64,000 nt of DNA from contig CAVTUQ010000007.1 in assembly GCA_963737905.1 (NCBI GenBank), positions 384,001 to 448,000 of the forward strand, written 5' to 3'. The notes under the pieces are model-generated. The model made no database searches and was not told where the DNA came from. It saw only the letters and a program-made list of their open reading frames with translations. The number at the start of each line of letters is the position of its first letter. The stretch's first letter is position 1. Positions 20,762 through 30,335 of the stretch are shown one piece after another. A program made the position numbers and the translations under genes. Origin of the DNA: an uncultured delta proteobacterium. GTDB lineage: Bacteria; Desulfobacterota; Binatia; UBA9968.

Positions 20762-21790
20762 CTATTTAATTACTTTATCCGCTCGCGCCAGCACATTCGG
20801 CGGAATCGTGAGGCCGATCTGCTTGGCGGCTTTCAGATTGATGATGAATTCAAAGTTTATCGGTTGCTCCACGGGAAGATCGGCTGGCTTAGTTCCCTTT
20901 AGAATCTTGTCTACGAACACCGCTGCTCGTCGCGCCAAGTCGTCACGCCGCGCGTTGTAGCTCATAAGCCCACCGTCCTCGACAAATTCTCGCCTATAGT
21001 AAATCGCAGGAAGCTGACTCTTGGCTGCAAATTCCACAATCCGTTTCCTCTGTGCAGTAGCGAACGGGCCATTTGTTACAATGAGAGCTTCGGTACGCGC
21101 CTTGGAGATGGCTTCCAATGCGCGACTAAGATCGTCGGGGTTTTTTACCACCTCAAATTGAAGCTTGAGTCCCAATGATCGGGCTGCTTCTTCGGTATCT
21201 TTCAGTGTCACCGTAGAGCCGAGGGTACCCGGGCCCCGAAGGTCAATTACGTGTGAGAGCCGTGGAAGGGTTTCCTTGAGCAACTCAAGCAGTTTCCCTC
21301 TTAGTTCAGCGGAAAGACTCGCCAGCCCCGTGATATTACCGCCAGGCCGGGCAAGGCTCGCGACCAAACCTGCTCCTACGGGATCAGTTTCATTTGTCAT
21401 AACAATGGGAATCGTGCTCGTTGCTCCTTTGGCTGCGCGTGTATCTGCCGCGCCGCCCGTAACGATGACATCAACCTTTAGCTGGACTAGCTCAGCCGCA
21501 TTTCGTCGGACCTGAGCGGGCCTTCCCTGCGCAAATCGCCATTCAATGACGATGTTCTGCCCTTCGACGTATCCCAGTTCGCGCAGTCCCTGGCGAAATG
21601 CCTCTTCGTTGTTTTCTCCGGAACTACTCGCTGATTGATAGCCGATCCGTGGGATTTTAGTTGGCTGCTGCGCCTGAGCGGGGAAGCAGGGAGCAAGGAG
21701 CATGGAGCAAAGAGCCAGAAACACAGCGGCGCAAAGGCCTCGCGCTAATTGCCACACGCTGAACGACCTTTCAACGAATTTTTTCCTCAT
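20762..21790 (-). CDS. ABC substrate-binding protein (PF04392-type), array unit
   Basis: QQPTKIPRIGY...SLARPGGNITG...[14 protein letters not shown]. Confidence 0.93.
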   Translation of the reverse strand: MRKKFVERSFSVWQLARGLCAAVFLALCSMLLAPCFPAQAQQPTKIPRIGYQSASSSGENNEEAFRQGLRELGYVEGQNIVIEWRFAQGRPAQVRRNAAELVQLKVDVIVTGGAADTRAAKGATSTIPIVMTNETDPVGAGLVASLARPGGNITGLASLSAELRGKLLELLKETLPRLSHVIDLRGPGTLGSTVTLKDTEEAARSLGLKLQFEVVKNPDDLSRALEAISKARTEALIVTNGPFATAQRKRIVEFAAKSQLPAIYYRREFVEDGGLMSYNARRDDLARRAAVFVDKILKGTKPADLPVEQPINFEFIINLKAAKQIGLTIPPNVLARADKVIK

Positions 21791-21841
21791 TAGTTCTCCA
21801 GTGTGTTTTCTGGCTCCCTGCCCACAGCTCCGTGCTCCCTG

Positions 21842-22875
21842 CTATTTGATGACCTTATCCGCCCTCGCCAGCACGTTGGGCGGAAAGTGAGCCCGATCTG
21901 CTTGGCGGCTTTGAGATTAATGATGAGATCGAACTTGATCGGCTGCTCCACGGGAAGGTCCGCTGGCTTTGCGCCCTTCAAAATCTTGTCCACATAAGTG
22001 GCCGCGCGCCGGTGCAGGTCGGCCAAGTTCGTCCCGTAGGACATGAGGCCACCGGACTCCACAAACAAGCTAAAGGGGTACATCCCCGGCAGCCGGTTCT
22101 TTGCCGACAGGTCCACGATCTGCGTTCGACGTTCGATGGTGACAGCATGCGGCAGTACGATAAGCCCCTGGGGATGGCCCTTGGTGAGATTCGCGAAGGC
22201 GTGCTCGATCTCGGCTGGTCCCACCACCTCTTGGCGCTGGGGAGTCACCTTCAACGCTTGGGCCGTCGCTTGGATCTGTGCCCAATAGGTGCGGTGGGAC
22301 GAGGTCTGGGAAACTGCGAGGACGGCGACGCGGGAGATCTTGGGAACCGCCTCCCTGAGCAGCTCCACCCATTTCCCTGCGAACTCTTCGGCTTGATTTG
22401 AGAAGCCGGTAATGTTCCCGGCCGGCCGCGCGAGGCTGGCGACGAAGCCGCTCTCAACAGGATCGCCCATACCCGCCACGACGATGGGTACGGTTCGGCT
22501 CGCCTGCCGAAGAGCTGCCACCGCTGCGTTGCTCTGTGTAACGATCACGTCTACCCTGAGATTGATCAGCTCGTCGGCAAGGGCCGGGAAGCGATCGGGC
22601 GTTCCCTCCGCCCAGCGGTAGTCAATGAAGATGTTCCGGCCCTCGACGTAGCCAAGTTCGCGCAGCCCTTGGCGGAAAGCTTCAAGGAGGGGGGCGCCCG
22701 CGGAAGGGGTGAAGGCACCCAGGTAACCTATCCGCGGGATCTTCGCCGGCTGCTGCGCGTGGGTGGGGAGGCAAGGAGCGAGGAGCATGGAGCAAAGAGC
22801 AAGAAACACTGCGGCGTAACGGCTTCGCGCCAAGAGCGAAGCGTTAAACGAATTGTCCAAGACCTGTCTTCTCAT
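21842..22875 (-). CDS. ABC substrate-binding protein (PF04392-type), array unit with a frameshift in the last ~15 codons
   Basis: Full SBP body; LTFRPTCW… restores to [14 protein letters not shown] (stop 21842) with one base added. Confidence 0.88.
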
Positions 22876-22929
22876 TGAGTTCTCCCATGGGTTTTTCTGG
22901 CTCCCTGCTCTTAGCTCCATGCTTCCGTG

Positions 22930-22974
22930 CTATCTTATGACCTTGTCCGCCCTTGCCAGCGCGTTAGGCGGGAT
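22930..22974 (-). pseudogene. Isolated SBP 3'-end stub (IPPNALARADKVIR*)
   Basis: 45 nt with the same upstream junction as the stub at 19614 but a different stub sequence. Confidence 0.8.
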
Positions 22975-23044
22975 CGCCTACCTATTTTAGATTTTCGATT
23001 TTGGATACATCGACTCCGCTCAGTACAGGTTTTAGATTGTTCTA

Positions 23045-24060
23045 TCATCGGATAACTCGATCTGCTCTGGCCAATACGTTCGGGGGTATTGCCAATCCGA
23101 TCTGCTTGGCTGCTTTCAGATTGATGATGAACTCGAACTTCGTCGGTTGCTCCACAGGCAGGTCAGCCGGCTTGGCGCCTTTCAAAATCTTGTCAACATA
23201 AGTAGCAGCGCGACGAAACAAGTCGGCACCGCTCACGCCATATATCATCAGCCCGCCGGCTTCCACAAATTCTTCCCTGTAGTATATCGCCGGTAGCCGG
23301 TTTTTTACCGCGAGGTCAATTATCTGTGCTCGCTGAGTATTAGCGACGGGGTTCTGTAGTACGAGGAAAGCTTCCGCGCGCCTTTTGATGGCGGCTTGGA
23401 ATGCATTCTCGACATCCTGTGGACTTAGAACGTCGAAGTATTGAAGCTTAACCTTGAGAGCCCCAGCAGCAATTTCCACCTCTTTTAGCACTTGTGCGTT
23501 GCCCGAGTAGGTTGAAGTCCCGAAGACGGCCACGCGAGAGAGCTTGGGAATCATCTCCTTCAGAAGCTCCAACTGTTTTCCGCTTATTTCTGGCGCAAGC
23601 GTGGACAATCCCGTAATGTTCCCGCCAGGCCGCGCAAGACTGGCCACGATCCCAGAACCGACCGGATCGCTATCGTTAGTCATGACAATGGGAATCGTAA
23701 CGGTTGCTTCCTTGGCGGGACGAGTCGCCGCGGGACCAGCCGCGACAATGACGTCGACTTTGAGCCGAACCAGTTCGGCCGCAAGGTCAGGCAGCCGATC
23801 GAGTTTTCCATTCGCCCACCGCCAATCGATAAGAATGGTTTTACCCTCGACATGCCCGAGCTCGCGCAATCCCTGCCGGAATGCTTCAGTGCGGGTCGCG
23901 TTAGCGGAAGGGACGGTAGTAGCTAGGTATCCGATCGCGGGATTGTCGTCCGTTGCTGCGCCGTGGCCGCAGCCACACAGGTCGCCAAAGTCACAAAGAT
24001 TGGAAAGAGTCGCACGACGATGTGCTTCATGCCTCCACCTATTTTCGATTTTAGATTTTA
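23045..24060 (-). CDS. ABC substrate-binding protein (PF04392-type), array unit with disrupted 5' end
   Basis: Intact body and C-terminus; N-terminus frameshifted and running into heptad repeats downstream of the four-helix-bundle gene. Confidence 0.85.
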
Positions 24061-24438
24061 GATTGCCGATTGAACGGAGAACTTCCATTTACGCCTTTGA
24101 AGTGCTCGAATCGACGCTACCGTCATCGCTATGATCTCATTGGTTTCCTGCAACAATTCCGACAGCCGAGCCTCTGCTATGAGCTCGGATTCAATAAGTA
24201 GTTCCATCCAGTACCCTGATTCGTCCGCCTCTTCTTCAACTATCCGGAGTTTGGCGATCACATCGGCTGTGGACTTGCCGCGACACGCTGCTCGATAGTT
24301 AACGCCAATCGAAGTGCCAGATCGGATCAACTGTCTACCTAGGACATCCGCGCTCCGGTTCCTCGGCAAGGCGTTCGACGACTTTGATGACGCGTAATGT
24401 AGCTGCTTTGTGCGCTTCTTGAATAAGTTTTCATCTAT
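24058..24438 (-). CDS. Four helix bundle protein (TIGR02436 / 23S rRNA IVP / bAvd-like), possibly degenerate
   Basis: LGRQLIRSGTSIGVNYRAACRGKSTADVIAKLRIVEEEADESGYWMELL; apparent start codon reads ATA after a GGGAG RBS and the N-terminus has compensating frameshifts. Confidence 0.85.
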   Translation of the reverse strand: MDENLFKKRTKQLHYASSKSSNALPRNRSADVLGRQLIRSGTSIGVNYRAACRGKSTADVIAKLRIVEEEADESGYWMELLIESELIAEARLSELLQETNEIIAMTVASIRALQRRKWKFSVQSAI

Positions 24439-24470
24439 CTTTTTTCTCCCGCAATCGAAAATCGAAAATG

Positions 24471-25433
24471 TCATCTTATGACCCGATCCGCCCGCGCTAG
24501 AACGTTCGGCGGAATTGTTAATCCGATCTGCTTAGCCGCCTTCAGGTTGATTACGAACTCGAATTTTGTCGGTTGCTCGACCGGTAGATCTTGCGGCTTG
24601 GCACCCTTGAGAATCTTGTCCACGTAGGTGGCGGCGCGGCGGTACAGATCGCTAAGCAGAGGACCATAAGCCGCGATGCCGCCTTCCTCGGCAAATTGTC
24701 GAGTCGGATACATGCCAGGAAGGCGATGCTTTAGCGCCAGCTCGGCAATCTGTTTTGAGTGAAGGGTAACAAGCGGACTCAATACAACCAAAAGGGCATC
24801 AACGTGAGCCTTCGACATCTCTACAAATGCCTTGTCGATGTCATCAGCCTCGCGCAACTCAATGGGATGTAGCGGTACCGATAACGCTTTTGCCGCATCC
24901 TGAGTTTCCTTGAAACCTAAGCTGACCCTACTCCACAGCGCCGCTACGCGGCGGCTTTTTGGAAACGCTTCTTTGAGCAGCTCGACCCGTTTGCCGCTGA
25001 GATCGGACGCAAGGACCGTCAGACCCGTAATATTTCCCCCGGGCTTCGCTAAACTCTCCGCCAAGCCTCGCTCTATCGGACCGCCGCTGGTCATGACGAT
25101 CGGCACGGTGCTCGTCACCTTGCGCGCCGCCTGAGCGCTGAGCGACGAGGTGGTAACGATGACATTTACTTGTTTTTGTACCAGATCGGCAGCCAGATCC
25201 GGCAAGCGATCGTAATTGCCTTCGGCAAAGCGGTATTCGAAAATTACGTTCTTTCCTTCGGTGTAGCCACGTTCGCGCATCCCTTGTTTAAACGATTCCA
25301 GGTGCGGCTGATCCTGCCCGCCAACGAAGAGAATCCCGACGTGGGGAATTTTTGGGGTCTGCTGCGCCCAAACTAGAGCGCAAAGCGCATGGAGCAAAGC
25401 GGTAAGCGCAAAGCCAATAACTGTCTTTCTCAT
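24471..25433 (-). CDS. ABC substrate-binding protein (PF04392-type), array unit
   Basis: QQTPKIPHVG...SLAKPGGNITG...[14 protein letters not shown]. Confidence 0.93.
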   Translation of the reverse strand: MRKTVIGFALTALLHALCALVWAQQTPKIPHVGILFVGGQDQPHLESFKQGMRERGYTEGKNVIFEYRFAEGNYDRLPDLAADLVQKQVNVIVTTSSLSAQAARKVTSTVPIVMTSGGPIERGLAESLAKPGGNITGLTVLASDLSGKRVELLKEAFPKSRRVAALWSRVSLGFKETQDAAKALSVPLHPIELREADDIDKAFVEMSKAHVDALLVVLSPLVTLHSKQIAELALKHRLPGMYPTRQFAEEGGIAAYGPLLSDLYRRAATYVDKILKGAKPQDLPVEQPTKFEFVINLKAAKQIGLTIPPNVLARADRVIR

Positions 25434-25478
25434 AGATTTCTCCCGGTGTTTTTCTTGCTCTTTGCCCTTTGCTCCATG

Positions 25479-26513
25479 CTATTTAATTACTTTATCCGCT
25501 CTCGCCAGCACGTTGGGCGGGATCGTCAAACCGATCCGTTTCGCGGTTTTAAGATTGATGATAAACTCAAACTTCTTCGGCTGCTCTACCGGTAAATCCG
25601 CCGGCTTGGCGCCTTTCAAAATCTTGTCAACGTAAGTAGCAGCGCGACGAAACAAATCGGTATAGCTGACGCCGTAGAACACGAGGCCACCGTCTTCCAC
25701 ATACTCTGGCCTGCTGTATATTGCGGGAAGCCGGTTTTTTATCGCGCGGTCTGCCACCTGTCCTCTTTGAGCGGTGAGGAGAGGGGTCGTCACCACGAGG
25801 ACTGCATCGGCGTGCTGTTTGGTTGCGGCGTGGAAGGCAGTCTCGATATCCTTGGGTTCTCGTATTTCCAGATATTGAATCTGCACCCGTAACGCATCCG
25901 CGGCGAGGTTGATCTCTCTTAAGGCTTGCGGGTGGCCCGGTTGGCTCGCATTCCCGAGAACGGCCACGCGGGAGAGCTTAGGAACGATTTCCTTTAGAAG
26001 CTCTATTTGCTTTCCGCTTATCTCCGGAGCAAGGGTTGCCAGTCCAGTTATGTTCCCGCCAGGGCGGGCAAGGCTCTCAACAAATCCGCTGCCGACAGGA
26101 TCATCATCATAGCCCATGACGATGGGAATCGTAGCAGTCGCTTGCTTCGCAACGCGAGTGGGTGGCGGCCCCCCCGAGACGATCACGTCTACGTTAAGAC
26201 GCACTAGCTCGGCTGCAAGTGCAGACAAGCGATCCGCTTTCCCTTCTGAAGATCGCCACTCGATAACAATGTTTTTTCCCTCCACGTACCCAAGCTCACG
26301 CAGGCCCTGTCGGAACGCCTCGATACGAGCCGAGATAGTGGAAGGCGGTACAGCAAGGAGAAACCCGATGTGGGGGACCTTCGCCGGCTGCTGCGCCTGG
26401 GCGGGGAAGCAGGGAGCAAGGAGCATGGAGCAAAGAGCCAGAAACACAGCGGCGCAACGGCTTCGCGCTAAGAGGGAAGCATTAAACGAACTGTCCAAGA
26501 CCTGTTTTCTCAT
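25479..26513 (-). CDS. ABC substrate-binding protein (PF04392-type), array unit
   Basis: QQPAKVPHIG...SLARPGGNITG...[14 protein letters not shown]. Confidence 0.93.
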   Translation of the reverse strand: MRKQVLDSSFNASLLARSRCAAVFLALCSMLLAPCFPAQAQQPAKVPHIGFLLAVPPSTISARIEAFRQGLRELGYVEGKNIVIEWRSSEGKADRLSALAAELVRLNVDVIVSGGPPPTRVAKQATATIPIVMGYDDDPVGSGFVESLARPGGNITGLATLAPEISGKQIELLKEIVPKLSRVAVLGNASQPGHPQALREINLAADALRVQIQYLEIREPKDIETAFHAATKQHADAVLVVTTPLLTAQRGQVADRAIKNRLPAIYSRPEYVEDGGLVFYGVSYTDLFRRAATYVDKILKGAKPADLPVEQPKKFEFIINLKTAKRIGLTIPPNVLARADKVIK

Positions 26514-26567
26514 TGAGTTCTCCCGTGGGTTTTTCTGGCTCCCTGCTCTTAGCTTCATGCTTCCCTG

Positions 26568-27599
26568 CTATCTTATGACCTTGTCTGCCCTCGCTAGCAC
26601 GTTGGGCGGGATCGTGAAGCCGATTTGCTTAGCTGCTTTGAGGTTGACGATGAATTCGAACTTTGTGGGTTGTTCGACGGGCAGGTCGGCCGGCTTGGCG
26701 CCCTTCAGAATCTTGTCCACATAGGTGGCGGCGCGGTGGTACAGGGCAGCAAAGCTTACGCCATAGCTCATCAGCCCTCCATCGTCCACCCACTGGGACT
26801 GCGGGTAGATTGCCGGCAGCCGATTCTTTAGCGCGAGTTCCGCGATCTGTTTGCGTTTGGGATTGAAAACCGGAGTCTGCAACACGAGCATTGCGCCGGC
26901 CCGTTCTTTATTTGCGGCTTGGAATGCAGGCTCAATATCTCGCGGATCTGCTATCTCGAGGTATTGAAGCTTTACCCCAAAGGCCCCCGCGGCAAGTTCA
27001 ATTTCTCTCAAGGTTTGCGCGTTACCCGGTTCGGCTGAAGTTCCCAGAACAGCCACGCGGGAGAGCCGTGGAACGATCTCCTTGAGAAGCTCCAGTTGTT
27101 TTCCGCTCAACTCCGGTGAAAGCGCCGATAGACCCGTGATGTTTCCTCCCGGCCGCGCAAGACCGGCAATGAAACCATTGCCGACGGGGTCGGGATCAAA
27201 TGCCATGACGATGGGAATCGTAGCTGTTGCCTGTTTGGCCGCGCGGGTCATGGTCGGGCCGCTCGTAACGATGACATTTACTTTGAGGCGCACGACCTCG
27301 GCGGCTAGTTCACTCTGTCGTTCGACCTTGCCGTCTCCAGATCGCCACTCGATGACGATATTTTTCCCTTCTACGTAACCCAGTTCCCGCATCCCCTGAC
27401 GGAAGGCCTCGTTGCGAGCGACGTTTGAGGAAAGCGACGAGATGGTCAGGTATCCCACGTGCGGGATTTTTCTCTGTTGTTGGGCCGACGCGGTCGAACA
27501 AACCGCAAAGAGTGTGGCGCATATTAGAATTGCGGATTTGAGATTGCGGAATGCGGATTTTAGGTCAATGTCGAGACAGTGAAACAAAATTCGATCCAT
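26568..27599 (-). CDS. ABC substrate-binding protein (PF04392-type), array unit
   Basis: QQQRKIPHVGY...LARPGGNITG...[14 protein letters not shown]. Confidence 0.93.
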   Translation of the reverse strand: MDRILFHCLDIDLKSAFRNLKSAILICATLFAVCSTASAQQQRKIPHVGYLTISSLSSNVARNEAFRQGMRELGYVEGKNIVIEWRSGDGKVERQSELAAEVVRLKVNVIVTSGPTMTRAAKQATATIPIVMAFDPDPVGNGFIAGLARPGGNITGLSALSPELSGKQLELLKEIVPRLSRVAVLGTSAEPGNAQTLREIELAAGAFGVKLQYLEIADPRDIEPAFQAANKERAGAMLVLQTPVFNPKRKQIAELALKNRLPAIYPQSQWVDDGGLMSYGVSFAALYHRAATYVDKILKGAKPADLPVEQPTKFEFIVNLKAAKQIGFTIPPNVLARADKVIR

Positions 27600-27636
27600 T
27601 GCTGTTTCCCCTCAATTCGAAATTCGCAATCCGAAA

Positions 27637-28620
27637 TTATCTAATAACCTTGTCCGCCCGCGCCAGCACATTCGGCGGAATCGTGAGCCCGATCTGCTTC
27701 GCCGTTTTGAGATTTACCACCAGCTCGAACTTTGTCGGCTGCTCCACCGGTAGGTCGGCAGGCTTACGGCCTTTCAAGATTTTATCCACAAAGCTCGCTA
27801 CTCGTTCATACATCTCCATAACGTCCGCACCGTAAAACATGAGCCCACCTACATCCACCGCATCTCTGGCGTCATACATTGACGGCAACCGGCTCTTTAT
27901 GGCAAAGGCCGTAGTTCGTTCAAAGCTACGTTGCATCAGTGGGCCGCCAAGCACAGAGATTCCATCAGGGCGCTCCTTGTTTATCGACGCGAATACTCTG
28001 TAAAAGCCATTCGCATCGCGTACATCACGACGCAATATCGTTAGATTCAGCGCGCGCGCCGATGATGAGAGCACTTCCTTGAACTCCAACATGTTGCGCT
28101 TATTGTTAGCCTCGTAAAGGATGGCGATGCGGGTAGCTTTCGGAACCGCTTCTTTGAGCAGCTCCAGCCGTTTGCCGCCGAGATAACCAGAGATATTTAT
28201 ATAACCGGTAATGTTCCCGCCGGGACGGGCAAGACTTTCGATCAGGCCGGCCTCGACGGGATCGGTCCCACCACCCACCATAACAATCGGAATCGTCTGG
28301 GTCGCATTCTTGGCTTCCAGGATCGGCCTGTAGCCTCCCGCTACGAGAATGACGTCAACCTTCAGATTCACCAGTTCGGCCGCAAGCCCAGGAAGCCGAT
28401 CAAGCTTGCCTTCTGCACTTCGGTACTCCATCGAAATATTCCGTCCTTCGACGTAACCGAGGACTTGCAATGCCCGGCGAATCTCCTGCTTGCGGTCGGA
28501 GTCAAGTGCCGCCGGCTGCGTGGTCAGATACCCGATCCGTGCAACTTTTTGCTGCGCCTCGGCGAACCTGCCTGCCGCAAGAAGGCCAAGTGTAACTAGG
28601 CAGACAACTTTCTTATTCAT
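27637..28620 (-). CDS. ABC substrate-binding protein (PF04392-type), first unit of array
   Basis: QQKVARIGY...SLARPGGNITG...[14 protein letters not shown]. Confidence 0.93.
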   Translation of the reverse strand: MNKKVVCLVTLGLLAAGRFAEAQQKVARIGYLTTQPAALDSDRKQEIRRALQVLGYVEGRNISMEYRSAEGKLDRLPGLAAELVNLKVDVILVAGGYRPILEAKNATQTIPIVMVGGGTDPVEAGLIESLARPGGNITGYINISGYLGGKRLELLKEAVPKATRIAILYEANNKRNMLEFKEVLSSSARALNLTILRRDVRDANGFYRVFASINKERPDGISVLGGPLMQRSFERTTAFAIKSRLPSMYDARDAVDVGGLMFYGADVMEMYERVASFVDKILKGRKPADLPVEQPTKFELVVNLKTAKQIGLTIPPNVLARADKVIR

Positions 28621-28708
28621 GGCCTTTCCCTTTTAGCGCAATGGTTATGCCAAAAAACGGAGGCTATGCAAATCACAACTTATGGATGAATACGGGCTAA
28701 AAAGCGTC

Positions 28709-28741
28709 TCAAATTTGCTACAGGAAGAGTAGCAAATTTGA
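28709..28741. promoter_or_regulatory. Perfect 13-7-13 inverted repeat upstream of the SBP array (operator, enhancer or recombination site)
   Basis: TCAAATTTGCTAC-AGGAAGA-GTAGCAAATTTGA in an AT-rich intergenic region. Confidence 0.6.
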
Positions 28742-29041
28742 TTCAATTGAAAAGGAAATGTTGAAAAAGTCTTGGCATACATCAGTTCGATGAAACGAAA
28801 GCACATTGAAATCCTTGAATTCCACAAGAGGTGGCGTGCTATTTTCAGCATCTCAACTGTAATCTTCAGCCAAAGCCAGACTGGGCACGCTTTTTAGCTT
28901 TCATTGCTGCCAGTGCAACTTAACGAGGAGATATGAGAACCGACTGCGGTCGCGCAAGGTGCACCTAGCATGATGTTTCGTAAATCAGTCGACGTTTGGC
29001 GTTGTGAGAATTTCGTTCCTCTGATCAGGGCTTATTTCCTA

Positions 29042-30043
29042 TTAGTCTGCATAGAGTCGGTCTATGAATCCGCTTCGCTCAAGTTCATCGATGAACGACG
29101 AATCAGTAATGTCGGATTCCTTCAGCGACACCGCGGCCGGGTATTTCTTCACAAGAAAGTGACGCAACGACTGCATTTCTGGAAATGATGGCCGCGGAAC
29201 CCGTTGAAATACCGGTACGTGAAAGGCGTGCAGTTCCTCCGCCGCTTTTCGATCCTCGATCTTCAAGTAGCGTTGCAACAAAGGCACCACGATGTCCGGC
29301 CGCGTCTTAAACAAATGAATCGTCTCGACGAAACCCTTCATGACGTTCATCACAAGCTCGCGGTTGGAAGCGATCAACTTCCGCGTGGTCGCGAATATGG
29401 ACGGCGTATCGAAGGAAGACATCGGAAAGGCATTCCAGCCGTAGCGAACTTGGCCGCTAAAGCGCAGATCGATCGGCAGCGCTCCCGCGTCGATTTCTCC
29501 GGATGCCAATGCATCATAGATTCGCTCGAATTTGATTAAGGGCAGGTAGATTGCAGTGGCGCCCGCTTTCTCGATCGTGATCCGGGTCGCCACGCTGGTC
29601 TGTCCGGTGTCAGTCAGCACTCCGACTTTCTTTCCGCCGAGCTGTGCCAATTGAGTGATCTCCTTCCTGGTCATGACGAAGGACATCGGGAAGACCGATG
29701 TGGGCGTCGCCAGGATCACCACGTCCCGGCCTTTGAGGACTTCTTCCGCCACTGGCACGGTTCCGGTGTGGGCGAACTCCCAATCGCCGCGGACGAGCCC
29801 GCCCGCAGCCTCCGGACCTCCGACCGCAATGGCCGGCAGGGTCATGTCGATCCCTCGCTTTTTGAAGAGACCGGCTTCGGCTCCGAGCCAAGCGGTACTT
29901 TGCCAGGTTGCTAGCAGCCCGGTTGCGACTCGAACACGCTGTGAAGTCGTCGAAGAGCCTTGCGCCCGCGCGAAGTGCGCAGCGGCCGGAAGCACGGCAG
30001 CTGCCGCAGCGAGACGCAAAAAATTGCGGCGACAAAGTTTCAT
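29042..30043 (-). CDS. NMT1/SsuA-type ABC substrate-binding protein with Tat signal
   Basis: MKLCRRNFLRLAAA twin-arginine signal; GLFKKRGID, LGGKKVGV, DSSFIDELERSGFID. Confidence 0.85.
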   Translation of the reverse strand: MKLCRRNFLRLAAAAAVLPAAAHFARAQGSSTTSQRVRVATGLLATWQSTAWLGAEAGLFKKRGIDMTLPAIAVGGPEAAGGLVRGDWEFAHTGTVPVAEEVLKGRDVVILATPTSVFPMSFVMTRKEITQLAQLGGKKVGVLTDTGQTSVATRITIEKAGATAIYLPLIKFERIYDALASGEIDAGALPIDLRFSGQVRYGWNAFPMSSFDTPSIFATTRKLIASNRELVMNVMKGFVETIHLFKTRPDIVVPLLQRYLKIEDRKAAEELHAFHVPVFQRVPRPSFPEMQSLRHFLVKKYPAAVSLKESDITDSSFIDELERSGFIDRLYAD

Positions 30044-30250
30044 GGTGTCCTCCTGGCCAACGCGGAGCACGGCGCCGCATCTCATGATGCCCAACTATTA
30101 AGTGAACTGCCGGCTCTTCCGGCGGCGTATTCGGGATCACTGCATCTTAGAGGAGCAAAATCTGCTGCGATATCCTTTCAACAAGGCGACCTTTTCAACC
30201 TTCTCCCGGCAGCGCAACTGACTGTTAATCCTTTCTAGAAACGGGATCAA

Positions 30251-30270
30251 GTCAGCTGTTCAGCTGACAC
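30251..30270. repeat. Palindromic core GTCAGCTG-TT-CAGCTGAC (third copy of the 16.7/38.1 kb repeat)
   Basis: Direct inspection. Confidence 0.7.
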
Positions 30271-30335
30271 CTCGGAAAGTAGGACCAACAGGGTCTTTAC
30301 CATCGGCCTTTGGTTCGATGGGGCGGGCCATCAGG

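Noticed and set aside
17838-28620. SBP array as a CRISPR array, classical integron or DGR
   Set aside because: No short regular repeat-spacer units or cas genes, no integron integrase or clear attC sites, no reverse transcriptase or adenine-specific TR/VR pair in the window.
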